DNA of 64,000 bases from Desulfomonilia bacterium (GTDB lineage Bacteria; Desulfobacterota; Desulfomonilia; UBA1062): NCBI GenBank assembly GCA_050014195.1, contig JBEKDT010000008.1, forward strand, positions 96,001-160,000, in the 5' to 3' direction. A model generated the notes under the pieces. That model saw only the letters and a program-made list of their open reading frames with translations, had not been told where the DNA came from and did not search any database. A program made the translations under genes and the position numbers. This document shows, piece by piece, positions 1 to 9,485 of this stretch (the first letter of the stretch is position 1; each line of letters begins with the position of its first letter).

Positions 1-90
1 ACCCGTAAGTGCAAAAGCCGCACCTTGACTTGAAGGGTCCTTTTCAGTTAAAAAACCTAAGCTTAATGATTCGGGTTAATAGGAGGATCG

Positions 91-2175
91 ATGAGGAAGT
101 TTCGCACGGAAAACTTAAGAGATGTGATCATCATGTCACAATCCGGCGCTGGAAAGACATCGCTCGGCGAGGCCTTTTTGTTTAATGCCAAAGCCACCAC
201 TAGGCTCGGTAAGGTGCTTGACGGGAATACCGTTCTCGACTTCGAGCCGGAGGAAGTCAAGCGCCAGTCTTCCATCTTCAGCGCCCTGCACAACTTCAAA
301 TGGAAGAACACCGGGGTTATCATGCTGGACACCCCCGGTGATACCAACTTTACCTCTGAGGTCATCCTCGGCCTGAAATCGTGCGACAATGCATTGTTCG
401 TCATCGATGCCATTGACTCGATCAAACCCTATTCTGAGAACCTTTGGAGAATGGCGAGCGCAGAAGGCCTGACCAGGACCTGTTTCGTCAGCAAGATGGA
501 CAGGGAGCGCGCCAATTTTGAACAGGTACTCACTGATATTGCAGAAGTCTTTGAGATCAAGCCATTGCCCATGACATTGCCCATCGGCGCTGAAGACAGC
601 TTTGCGGGTGTGGTGGACGTGCTCAAGAAGAAGGCCTTCCTCTTTGAGAAAGACGGTTCAGGCTCCTTTAAAGAGGCCCCTGTCCCCGCAAACATGCAGG
701 ATCAGCTTGAGGAAATCTATGGGAAGGTCATCGAGGACCTGGCCGAGGTAGATGACGCCTTAATGGAAAAGTACCTTGAGGGCGGCGAACTCTCTCAGGC
801 AGAACTCGACAATGCGCTGGCAGCAGGGCTTGCCAAAGGCCTGTTTCTCCCGGTCTTCTGCGGATCGGCGTTGCTGAACATGGGCATACATCCCCTCATG
901 GATTTTATCAGTTCCTCATTCATCACACCTGAAAAGAGGGCAATACCCCTTTTGAAAAACAGTAAAGGGGAAACGAAAGAATACAAACCTTTCGAAGACC
1001 AGCCGTTCTGCGGCTATGTATTCAAGACCATGAGCGACCCGTATACGGGGACACTCAGCATCATACGGTGCCTCTCGGGCAGCTTAAGCCCCGATTCAAA
1101 TGTCTATAACGCCAAACGTGAGATAAAAGAGCGGGTGGGCACAATCCTCATGCTCGAAGGCAAGGCCCAGAAGCCCCTCGAAACGGTAGGCCCGGGCGAC
1201 ATCTTCGCGGTAGCAAAGCTGAAAGAGACAAAGACGGGCGACACGCTGCTTTCAGAGTCTCTCGCCTTTACGCTTCCAAGCCCGACATTCCCCGAGCCCA
1301 TCATGAACATGGCGGTAACCCCCAAGACCAAGGCCGATGTGGAGAAGATTATGCCTGCGTTCCATAAGATCATGGATGAAGACCCGGTTCTCAAGGTGTT
1401 CCGCGACGAGCAGACCGGCGAATTCATCCTGTCGGGCCTTGGCCAGCTCCACATCGAGATCGCGGTGGACAGGCTCAAGAGAAGGTACGGTGTTGAAGTG
1501 GATCTCAAGACACCGAAGGTTCCCTACAAAGAGACCATCACCGCCAGCGCCGAGGTGCAGGGTAAACACAAGAAGCAGACCGGAGGCCATGGCCAATTCG
1601 GTGACTGCTGGCTCAGAGTGGAACCTCAGGAACGCGGCAAGGGCTTTGAGTTCATTAACGGCATCGTGGGCGGCGTCATTCCAAGGCAGTATATCCCGGC
1701 AGTGGAAAAGGGCGTGATCGAGGCCATGCAGGCAGGCCCCCTTGCAGGAAACCCTGTGGTGGATATAAAGGTCACTGTGTATTTCGGCTCATACCACGAG
1801 GTGGATTCATCTGAAATGGCCTTCAAGATAGCAGGCTCTCTGGCCTTTAAGAAGGCCATGGAACAGTGCAAGCCGATCCTGCTTGAACCGATCATGAATA
1901 TCACCGTGACAGTGCCTGAGGAATGCATGGGTGATGTCATGGGCGACCTCAACAGTCGCAGGGCAAAGATAGAGGGTATGAACTCCCGGGGCAAGTACCA
2001 GGAACTCAAGGCCCAGATACCCCTGGCCGAGGTTCTCACCTATGCTGCCAGCCTTACATCCATAACTTCGGGAAGGGGTACGTTCACCATGGGCTTCTCA
2101 CACCTGGACCCGGTGCCGTTCAATCTCCAGGAGAAGATCGTCGAGGAGGCGAAGGCGGCAAAAGATGGAAAATAA
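91..2175 (+). CDS. fusA: Elongation factor G paralogue (EF-G2 type)
   Basis: 694 aa; GAGKTS, DTPG, LSGLGQLHIEI, KKQTGGHGQFG, YHEVDSSEMAFK and LLEPIM motifs of EF-G; AGGAGG RBS; G-domain motifs non-canonical. Confidence 0.93.
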   Translation: MRKFRTENLRDVIIMSQSGAGKTSLGEAFLFNAKATTRLGKVLDGNTVLDFEPEEVKRQSSIFSALHNFKWKNTGVIMLDTPGDTNFTSEVILGLKSCDNALFVIDAIDSIKPYSENLWRMASAEGLTRTCFVSKMDRERANFEQVLTDIAEVFEIKPLPMTLPIGAEDSFAGVVDVLKKKAFLFEKDGSGSFKEAPVPANMQDQLEEIYGKVIEDLAEVDDALMEKYLEGGELSQAELDNALAAGLAKGLFLPVFCGSALLNMGIHPLMDFISSSFITPEKRAIPLLKNSKGETKEYKPFEDQPFCGYVFKTMSDPYTGTLSIIRCLSGSLSPDSNVYNAKREIKERVGTILMLEGKAQKPLETVGPGDIFAVAKLKETKTGDTLLSESLAFTLPSPTFPEPIMNMAVTPKTKADVEKIMPAFHKIMDEDPVLKVFRDEQTGEFILSGLGQLHIEIAVDRLKRRYGVEVDLKTPKVPYKETITASAEVQGKHKKQTGGHGQFGDCWLRVEPQERGKGFEFINGIVGGVIPRQYIPAVEKGVIEAMQAGPLAGNPVVDIKVTVYFGSYHEVDSSEMAFKIAGSLAFKKAMEQCKPILLEPIMNITVTVPEECMGDVMGDLNSRRAKIEGMNSRGKYQELKAQIPLAEVLTYAASLTSITSGRGTFTMGFSHLDPVPFNLQEKIVEEAKAAKDGK

Positions 2176-2599
2176 CGGGTCGGATTCCATCAGGAGTCTG
2201 TTCCAGAAAATCCAGACAATGACTGTCTCGGAAAAGCTCGACCTCGCGCGCAGGGCATCCAAGGAGGCCCGGTCGATCCTTATTCGCGATTCCAACAAGC
2301 TCGTCCAGCTTGCGGTGGTTAACTCCCCGAAGATCACCGAGAGCGAGATAATAGGCCTTGCCAGTAATAGGCAGGTGAGCGAAGACGTCCTCAAAGAAAT
2401 CGCCATGAACAGGGAGTGGCTGAGAAACTACCAGGTAAGGCTCGCACTGGCGAACAACCCCAAGACCCCGCTCTCCGTCGCCATGGCACAGGTAACCTAC
2501 CTCAACCAGCGTGATCTTGGGCTGCTGGCAAAGAGCAAGGGCGTGCCCAGGCCCATAGTTATAGCAGCCCAGGGCAGGCTCAAGGAAGTGAAGCGGTGA
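2165..2599 (+). CDS. Conserved hypothetical helical-repeat protein (LRV/DUF2336-like)
   Basis: 144 aa; overlaps both neighbouring genes; AVVNSPKIT and ALANNPKTP repeat-like motifs. Confidence 0.7.
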   Translation: MENNGSDSIRSLFQKIQTMTVSEKLDLARRASKEARSILIRDSNKLVQLAVVNSPKITESEIIGLASNRQVSEDVLKEIAMNREWLRNYQVRLALANNPKTPLSVAMAQVTYLNQRDLGLLAKSKGVPRPIVIAAQGRLKEVKR

Positions 2600-3084
2600 A
2601 GAGGGCAGGGGTCATCACCCTGAGCGACAAGGGTTCTCAAGGGCTGCGTCAGGACTTAAGCGGCCCCATCATCAAGGAGATCCTCACAGCCTTAAACATA
2701 TCAGTGGAGATGGCCGAAATCATCCCCGACGACTATGACCTCATCAGAAACCGTCTCATCTCCTGGTGTGATGAGCACCGCCTCGACCTCATCGTCACTA
2801 CCGGCGGTACCGGGCTATCCTTAAGGGATGTGACACCTGATGCCACACTTTCAGTCATCGACAAGCGCGTCCCCGGCATGGAAGAGGTGATGCGTGCAGA
2901 GAGCCTCAAAAAGACCCCCCATGCCATGATCTCCAGGGCCGTAGCTGGTGTCAGGAAGCATACCCTCATTGTCAATGTACCCGGCAGCCCCAAGGGGGCG
3001 AGGGAGTGCCTCGAAAGTATCGCACATGCCTTGCCCCACGCCTTGGACAAGCTTGGCGGGGACATGAGCGACTGCGCGCAGTAA
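2596..3084 (+). CDS. mog: Molybdopterin adenylyltransferase (MogA/MoaB family)
   Basis: ITLSDK, TTGGTGLSLRDVTPDAT, ISRAVAG and NVPGSPKG motifs. Confidence 0.92.
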   Translation: MKRAGVITLSDKGSQGLRQDLSGPIIKEILTALNISVEMAEIIPDDYDLIRNRLISWCDEHRLDLIVTTGGTGLSLRDVTPDATLSVIDKRVPGMEEVMRAESLKKTPHAMISRAVAGVRKHTLIVNVPGSPKGARECLESIAHALPHALDKLGGDMSDCAQ

Positions 3085-3109
3085 AGTTTTTTTGTGCTGA
3101 TGCCGTAAC
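3082..3109 (+). promoter_or_regulatory. Putative sigma28 (FliA) promoter
   Basis: TAAAGTTT-N12-GCCGTAAC versus consensus TAAAGTTT-N11-GCCGATAA, about 60 nt upstream of the methyltransferase start. Confidence 0.5.
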
Positions 3110-3171
3110 AGTAAACGTAATGTGGCTGAATTATTATGCGGGCATTTCCATATCTGATGAGGTGAGAAGGA

Positions 3172-4632
3172 TTGAGGCTCAAGCGTGATCTGAGATACAC
3201 CGTGGAGGCCGGTGACACCAGTAAAACCATCCACTTCCACGACTTCCAGAAGACCGAGCATATCTGCCCGGTCAAGGATTACTCCCGTACCGGGGCATCC
3301 TTCTATCTTGAAGACGGCAGCCTCCTTCTGAAGATCGGAGACATCATCCCTGACCTTAAGTTCTACTCTTTCAACCAGGAAGTTCATGCCTCCGGGGCAA
3401 CCATCATCCATATCCAGGATGAGGAGCAGGGCGGTCAGGCGGTATCCTGCATCGGCTGTTCATACAATGACAAGTCCATGGATGTCTATTCCATCATAAG
3501 GACCGACAAGATCACCAAGCTCCAGAATGATTTTTTGGACTTTGTCCAGTCCATGGCCATTGAGGAGAACCTCGACCCGGAGTTCGTCAACATCACCTCC
3601 CACCTCCACTACATCCTAGACGGGTTTCAGGAGAGGCTAGTCCAGGACTTCCAAACCATACACAGCGAAGACGAGTCCCTTCAAGGCGCATTGGTGGAGA
3701 CCCTGCGGGAACTTGCCTTTGATGCATTGTTCGATGAGTTGAATCGCTATTATGACGATTTTACCAGGATCATCAGCCGTTTCGCCGACTCCAAACAGCA
3801 TTACATACATAGAGAATTCTTCCAGAAACGCCTTCATTCTTACCTGTCAAAGTCCAGGCTGTTCAACCGGAGCATCACCAAGCCTTTGGGGTATGCAGGC
3901 GATTACGAGATGATGAATATCATCTACCGCAACGCCTTCGAGGGCGAAGACCTTTTCTCTCAGGTGCTGAATAAAGTCGATTGCGAGGGCACTGCTTCGA
4001 GGGCCGTGAGAAACCGTCGGTCGTACTTATACAAGAAGCTTAAGGGTCTTGTAACAAACAATACTTCAAGCAATGACCTCAAGATCATGAGCGTGGCCTG
4101 CGGCCCGGCCCTTGAACTCGCCGACCTGCTCAAAAGTTTTGAAGGAAAGACCTTGCCGTTTCATGTTGAATTCATTGCCATGGACCAGGACAACCTTGCC
4201 CTTGAAGATGCCAAGGCCCGGACCAAACCGCTGGTGAAGGATATCCCTCAGATGAGGTTCCACTTTGAGCAGGACAACATCAAGCGGCTCATCGTAGAAA
4301 AAGGTAACAACAAAGGTATTTATGGCGAAGCGGATTTCGTCTATTCTGCGGGGCTGTTCGACTATCTCTCCGACAGGGCGTCCAACAGGCTCATCAAAAA
4401 ACTTTACAGCTTCCTCAAACCCGGCGGCCTCCTGGTGATAGGAAATTTCGGCCCATATAACCCACAGAGATTCATCATGGAATTCGGTGCAGAATGGTTC
4501 CTGATCCATCGGAACGAATTCGAGCTCAAGGCGCTTGCCGGCGATCTGCCGGGAAATCCCACCCTAATCGTAGAAAAGGAACCGGAGGGAGTAAATCTCT
4601 TTCTCAATATACTAAAGCCCGTAGATGCTTAA
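3172..4632 (+). CDS. Class I SAM-dependent methyltransferase, PhcB-like, with N-terminal PilZ-like domain
   Basis: KPLGYAGDYEMMN, SVACGPA (SAM motif I), YSAGLFDYL, LKPGGLLVIGNF; N-terminal KRDLR...DYSRTG; TTG start after GAGGTG. Confidence 0.8.
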   Translation: MRLKRDLRYTVEAGDTSKTIHFHDFQKTEHICPVKDYSRTGASFYLEDGSLLLKIGDIIPDLKFYSFNQEVHASGATIIHIQDEEQGGQAVSCIGCSYNDKSMDVYSIIRTDKITKLQNDFLDFVQSMAIEENLDPEFVNITSHLHYILDGFQERLVQDFQTIHSEDESLQGALVETLRELAFDALFDELNRYYDDFTRIISRFADSKQHYIHREFFQKRLHSYLSKSRLFNRSITKPLGYAGDYEMMNIIYRNAFEGEDLFSQVLNKVDCEGTASRAVRNRRSYLYKKLKGLVTNNTSSNDLKIMSVACGPALELADLLKSFEGKTLPFHVEFIAMDQDNLALEDAKARTKPLVKDIPQMRFHFEQDNIKRLIVEKGNNKGIYGEADFVYSAGLFDYLSDRASNRLIKKLYSFLKPGGLLVIGNFGPYNPQRFIMEFGAEWFLIHRNEFELKALAGDLPGNPTLIVEKEPEGVNLFLNILKPVDA

Positions 4633-4639
4633 GACCTAA

Positions 4640-5661
4640 CAAGTCTTGCCTCTCAGAAATGTGCGAACGATGACAATACCTGTTAACCTTGTCCATAAGC
4701 CAACTTATAGCACCTTTCTCGTACTAAAGTTGTCATGAACCATAAAATAATATCCAATATTATTTGTTATTCCATCTAGCTATTAAATATTCATTGCCCC
4801 TAAAAACAACCGATAAGCCCTTAGATTGGTATATTTTTTCAAGAGTCGCAAGTTGCTGCAATGATAAAACATCATCGTGATAAATATATATTCTTCCTGA
4901 AAAGGAAAGGTCTTTTGAAGATGTTTGCTGTGAATCACCCACAAATCCACCAGTTATTATAGTGGATGATTCAATATTATCCATTGTTTTTTTATACTCT
5001 TCAGATATCAATCCACAGGCGATATAAGAACTATTGGATATTGGCCCGGATGCTGGAATATAGAAGCCAATGAATTTTGATTTACCCTGAAAATCAAAAT
5101 ATTCTGTCGCATATAACGTGATAGTTTTTCCATTAGATAGATTGGCCTTCATTTCGATTGATTGTCTTAATAATGTATTAAAATCAGTTTTAAAAAGCTC
5201 ATGAAGACTTGGGGATGCTTGGTTTGGTACTATCTTAGAAGAGGATTGTTTTTGAGCCATTTGTTTATTCCATGAATGTTCTCTGTCGCTTACCCATCTT
5301 ATCGAACATAGCCACAAAGAACCAATAATACCAAAAATTATAAAAGCAAAGATTGTTAACTGATATTTACTTGCGGATTGTTCGAACGATAGCCACCAAC
5401 CAATGCGGGCCAATAGAATAGCGGCAGCAAATGAAAAGGAAACGTGGGCGATTGTGAATGATGGGGGATTCATACTTAACACCCCTACTCCGACGCCAAT
5501 GAGCACAGGGCATATACATAATACAGTAGTCCAACTAAACAGCCACCCCCACATATAATAATTTTAACACTAATTCTGCTTAGATTAAATATATAATATG
5601 GCGTTGCTGGAATTGTGGTCGGTTTTGGAATTAACCAAACTGACCCACTACCCAAGTCTTG
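4640..5661. mobile_element. AT-rich islet with 9-bp flanking direct repeat and one IS1-family-like terminal inverted repeat
   Basis: CAAGTCTTG at 4640-4648 and 5653-5661; AAACTGACCCACTACC at 5637-5652 abuts the right copy; interior clearly more AT-rich than the flanks. Confidence 0.6.
4760..5554 (-). CDS. Hypothetical membrane protein (about 3 N-terminal TM helices plus soluble domain), horizontally acquired
   Basis: 264-aa uninterrupted ORF in AT-rich DNA; three hydrophobic stretches in the first ~90 aa. Confidence 0.7.
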   Translation of the reverse strand: MWGWLFSWTTVLCICPVLIGVGVGVLSMNPPSFTIAHVSFSFAAAILLARIGWWLSFEQSASKYQLTIFAFIIFGIIGSLWLCSIRWVSDREHSWNKQMAQKQSSSKIVPNQASPSLHELFKTDFNTLLRQSIEMKANLSNGKTITLYATEYFDFQGKSKFIGFYIPASGPISNSSYIACGLISEEYKKTMDNIESSTIITGGFVGDSQQTSSKDLSFSGRIYIYHDDVLSLQQLATLEKIYQSKGLSVVFRGNEYLIARWNNK

Positions 5662-5690
5662 GGATATCTTGACTGTTCCTTTTGAAAACC

Positions 5691-6194
5691 TCAGGTAACC
5701 CCAAAGACCTCCTCGAACTGTGTGATGTCCGGCAATTCCGACAAAGAGGTGAGCCCAAAGACCTCCAGGAACTTTTCTGTTATGTAATACAACATGGGTT
5801 TACCAGGCTTGATGTCAATGAGCTGGTGTTTTATGAGCTGTTTGAGGCTTGAGGTGGAATCCACACCCCTGATGCCGTCGATGGTCTGCTTAGAGCAGGG
5901 TCCTTTATACGCTATAACCGCAAGGACCTCAATCGAAGCACTTGTGAGCTTCACCGGGGTCACGAGCTGTCTGAGATAGGGTGCATACTCCGGAAGCGTC
6001 ACAAACATATACCCGGTGGCAACGAGATGAATCCTGAAACTCCGGTTAGAAGCCTCATAGATACCGTTGAGTTCCTCAATGTATCGCTCGATCTCTTCTC
6101 GCGAAGATCCCGGCAGAATCCTTATGATATCCTTCACAGTAAGTGCGCTGCCGGATGAAAAGATAAGCGCCTCAATGATCTCCCGCTTTCCCAT
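5691..6194 (-). CDS. scpB: SMC-Scp complex subunit ScpB
   Basis: IEALIFSS, EVLAVIAYKGP, IRGVDS, FGLTSLSELP; downstream of scpA. Confidence 0.93.
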   Translation of the reverse strand: MGKREIIEALIFSSGSALTVKDIIRILPGSSREEIERYIEELNGIYEASNRSFRIHLVATGYMFVTLPEYAPYLRQLVTPVKLTSASIEVLAVIAYKGPCSKQTIDGIRGVDSTSSLKQLIKHQLIDIKPGKPMLYYITEKFLEVFGLTSLSELPDITQFEEVFGVT

Positions 6195-6234
6195 ACTTAC
6201 TCAACCTCTCCATTCTTCACAGGCATGCTCCACC

Positions 6235-6963
6235 TCATTTGTTCTCCGTCCTCTTTATCAGGTAGATGGTGGAGAACAGGCCTCTCTGGATGAGTCTCAC
6301 AATGCTCAGCTTCGACATCTCCAGGGCTGCCATAAACGCGCCGATGATCTCGGTCTTTTCACCGGTCGGGGCAGCTTCCTTGAGTGTAATCTTCTTTTTC
6401 CCGGAAAAGAGTGCCTGTATGCGGGCCATGATGTCCTGGATGGAAAACCGCATGGGAGTGATATTCATGATAAGCTGCTTGGTACGGGCCCTGATAGCCT
6501 GAATCGCCTCCATCAAAGGGCCGAGGCTCGTCTTTGTGATATCTCTCTCTTCCGATGTTGCACCCTTGGGAAAGGTATCCCAGTAAAGTATGGGCCTCAT
6601 GCCGAGTTCACGGGAAGCCGCCTTGATGGCCTGGTAGGCAAGCAGCATCTCCTTGAGCTCATCGGCCGGGTTCTTCCCCTCCTCATCGGTATAGGTAAGC
6701 TCCTCGGGCAACAGGAGGCGGGACTTCAACCAGATAAGGTATGAGGCCATTTCGAGAAACTCACCGGCCAATGAGATATCAAGAGATCTTACCCGCTCGA
6801 TATAAGACAGGTACTGGTCAATAATGGGGCATACCTCGAGGTCATGCAGGGTGAAGCGATTTTTCTCGATGAGGTAGAGCAAGAGGTCGAGCGGGCCCTC
6901 GAACATGGGAAGGTGCAGCACGAAATCATCATACACTGTCTCGGTGCTCCCAAGATACCCCAT
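6235..6963 (-). CDS. scpA: Segregation and condensation protein ScpA
   Basis: FEGPLDLLLYLI, EFLEMASYLIWLKSRLLLP, FMAALEM. Confidence 0.95.
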   Translation of the reverse strand: MGYLGSTETVYDDFVLHLPMFEGPLDLLLYLIEKNRFTLHDLEVCPIIDQYLSYIERVRSLDISLAGEFLEMASYLIWLKSRLLLPEELTYTDEEGKNPADELKEMLLAYQAIKAASRELGMRPILYWDTFPKGATSEERDITKTSLGPLMEAIQAIRARTKQLIMNITPMRFSIQDIMARIQALFSGKKKITLKEAAPTGEKTEIIGAFMAALEMSKLSIVRLIQRGLFSTIYLIKRTENK

Positions 6964-6976
6964 GGTTTCCCCCGTA

Positions 6977-7963
6977 TTAGAGATTCATGGCCTTCCTCAC
7001 CTGCACAATGGTGAGTTCAGATTCCCTTGTAGCCTTGAGGCACCCGGTATTCAGAATTTCATCCACCAGTTTCTCATGGCCCCTATAGTAAGCAATCTTC
7101 TCCCAGACGGGTTCAAACTCTCTGAGCAGACTCTTGATAAGTATGCGCTTGCAATCCACACATCCGATACCTGCAGTCCTGCACCCAACCTGTATTTCCG
7201 CCTTTGTGGATTCATCGGTAAAGTACTCGTGGAAAGGGTACAGGTTGCAATCATTCGGTTCCCCAGGGTCTTTTCTCGTCTTACGCTTCGGGTCAGTGAG
7301 CATCTCCATCACCTTGGCCGAAAGGCTCTCTTTGCTCTCGGCGATAAAGATGGCATTACCGTAAGACTTCGACATCTTCCTGCCGTCAAGACCAGGTACC
7401 TTGGGGGCCTCGGTCAGAATCTCCTGAGGCTCTTTCAGGATAGCATCGCCATACATAAAGTTGAACCGACGCACGATCTCACGGGTCAGCTCCAGGTGGG
7501 GGAGTTGGTCTGCACCGATAGGAACCCTGTCCGCATGGTAAATCACGATATCTGCAGCCTGGAGTACCGGGTACCCCAGGAAGCCGAAGGTGCTCAGGTC
7601 TTTTTCTTTCAGCTCCTCCTTCATCTCCTTATATGTGGGGTTTCTTTCGAGCCATGATAAAGGGGTGATCATGGACAGGAGCAGGAACAACTCGGCGTGC
7701 GACTTGATGTCCGACTGCCGGAAAATAACTGATTTCTCAGGGTCGAGACCCACGCTCAGTAAGACAACAACCATGTCCCGGGTGCTTTGTGGGATGATTG
7801 CAGGATCTTTATACTCGCTGGTCAGGGCGTGCCAATCGGCAATAAAGTAGAAGCATTGATATTCGTCCTGAAGACCCACCCAATTCTTAAGGACCCCGAG
7901 GTAATGCCCCAAATGAAGATCTCCCGTGGGTCTGATGCCTGATACGATGCGCTTCTTGTCCAT
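6977..7963 (-). CDS. trpS: Tryptophan--tRNA ligase
   Basis: SGIRPTGDLHLGHYLG (HIGH motif), YPVLQAADI, KMSKS. Confidence 0.97.
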   Translation of the reverse strand: MDKKRIVSGIRPTGDLHLGHYLGVLKNWVGLQDEYQCFYFIADWHALTSEYKDPAIIPQSTRDMVVVLLSVGLDPEKSVIFRQSDIKSHAELFLLLSMITPLSWLERNPTYKEMKEELKEKDLSTFGFLGYPVLQAADIVIYHADRVPIGADQLPHLELTREIVRRFNFMYGDAILKEPQEILTEAPKVPGLDGRKMSKSYGNAIFIAESKESLSAKVMEMLTDPKRKTRKDPGEPNDCNLYPFHEYFTDESTKAEIQVGCRTAGIGCVDCKRILIKSLLREFEPVWEKIAYYRGHEKLVDEILNTGCLKATRESELTIVQVRKAMNL

Positions 7964-7975
7964 ATAGTTCCTTTT

Positions 7976-8599
7976 CTATTTCATGAGAATAGAGAGAATG
8001 GCACTGATGATCGGAAAGATCACCACATTCACCGCCCGTGTGAATATAAGCACGAGGAGAATCATGAAACCGTAAGGCTGCAGTTTGGAATAGGCGTATG
8101 CAGCCTTCAAGGGGAGCAGTCCTTCCATGATATGGCTCCCGTCCAGAGGATGGATGGGTATGAGATTGAAGACCGCAAGCCCCACATTGATCATGATCAT
8201 ATATTCAGCCATAATAACAAGGGGATAAAAAAAAGTTTGCGAGAGAGCACCGCCGAATTGTTTGTACACGAAGGCAGTTACGACAGCCAATGCAAGATTC
8301 GACAAGGGGCCTGCCAGTGAGACCCACATCATATCCATGCGCGGTTTCTTGAAATATCTCGGATCCACCGGCACCGGCTTGGCCCACCCGATCGCCATGC
8401 CGGCTATCCCGGTAATAAAAAGCACGAGGAGACCTACGGGATCGATGTGTTTTACGGGGTTCAGGGTGAGCCTGCCTGCCATCTTCGCAGTGGGGTCACC
8501 GAAAAAAAAGGCGGCATAGCCGTGACATACTTCATGGACGGTGATGGACAGCAGCACCGGTACAATCAACAAAGCGATCTGGCTGATGATCTGGTTCAT
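7976..8599 (-). CDS. Site-2 protease family (M50) membrane metalloprotease
   Basis: HEVCH zinc motif, GDPTAK..GRLTLNP, NLIPIHPLDG. Confidence 0.93.
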   Translation of the reverse strand: MNQIISQIALLIVPVLLSITVHEVCHGYAAFFFGDPTAKMAGRLTLNPVKHIDPVGLLVLFITGIAGMAIGWAKPVPVDPRYFKKPRMDMMWVSLAGPLSNLALAVVTAFVYKQFGGALSQTFFYPLVIMAEYMIMINVGLAVFNLIPIHPLDGSHIMEGLLPLKAAYAYSKLQPYGFMILLVLIFTRAVNVVIFPIISAILSILMK

Positions 8600-8845
8600 T
8601 GATCAGGCCTTATACCTTATGGGTGACAAGGTGTCAAAAAGTTAGCTGTCCCTTGTATATGCAACGAAGATCGACCATAAAGGTATAGCCTTGGGTGCAA
8701 GATTACCATGTGTTATCCAGCCAAGATGAAGCTTGCCCATTATATTTTTTTTAAGGATGTGTTGAAAAAGAATCGGCTCGTCCCTACACAAGCATCAAAC
8801 TTGACATCAGGCTCTTCAGTGAAGACATAGTAAAGGAGAGTGGAC

Positions 8846-9325
8846 ATGAAAAAGGAAAATGAGCTGACTATGGCAAATAAAGAGAACGACAAAGGGGCAC
8901 CCCGAGCTAATATTAATAAATCATCCGAGAACTCCTTCGCAAAAAAGGCGTCTTCAAACGATAACATATATACGGACACGATAAGGGCACTGCTGGAAAA
9001 AAACAGGGGCAGGGTTGCACAATACTATTGCGCAAACAGAAAATGCTCTACCACGTTCTGGGACGCGGATCTTGGTTACCAGTGTCCCGGGTGCGGCTCT
9101 TTCGGCCTCATAAGCACATTCAAGGCCGATACAGCCTATGAGCCGGACATGTATAAGCCCGTAGTCGGATATCTCGACAGTATCGGCAGGCTGTTCTGCC
9201 CAAAGTGTACGGAACGCTTCGGCATGGGTGATGATGTGGGCCTGGTGATCTACAATGACAGCACACCTTACTGTAATGAAGCCTGCGAGGCATGCAGAAC
9301 CCGCCTCGACTCTCTGCCTGCCTAG
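8846..9325 (+). CDS. Hypothetical Cys-rich (double zinc-ribbon-like) protein
   Basis: AAGGAGAG RBS before ATG 8846; CANRKC, CPGC, CPKC and CNEACEAC clusters. Confidence 0.65.
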   Translation: MKKENELTMANKENDKGAPRANINKSSENSFAKKASSNDNIYTDTIRALLEKNRGRVAQYYCANRKCSTTFWDADLGYQCPGCGSFGLISTFKADTAYEPDMYKPVVGYLDSIGRLFCPKCTERFGMGDDVGLVIYNDSTPYCNEACEACRTRLDSLPA

Positions 9326-9485
9326 GGAGGCAGAGGGCGGGCTTTGGAATTAGGTTGTAAGGGATGCGTCGGCTTATAGACGATAACACTACAATCCACA
9401 TGCCAACATGATATTAAGTGAGGTCACTATTACACGTAAGACACACCTCCCCTGATGATTTTTTTTACGGTATAATAGAGGCCTC

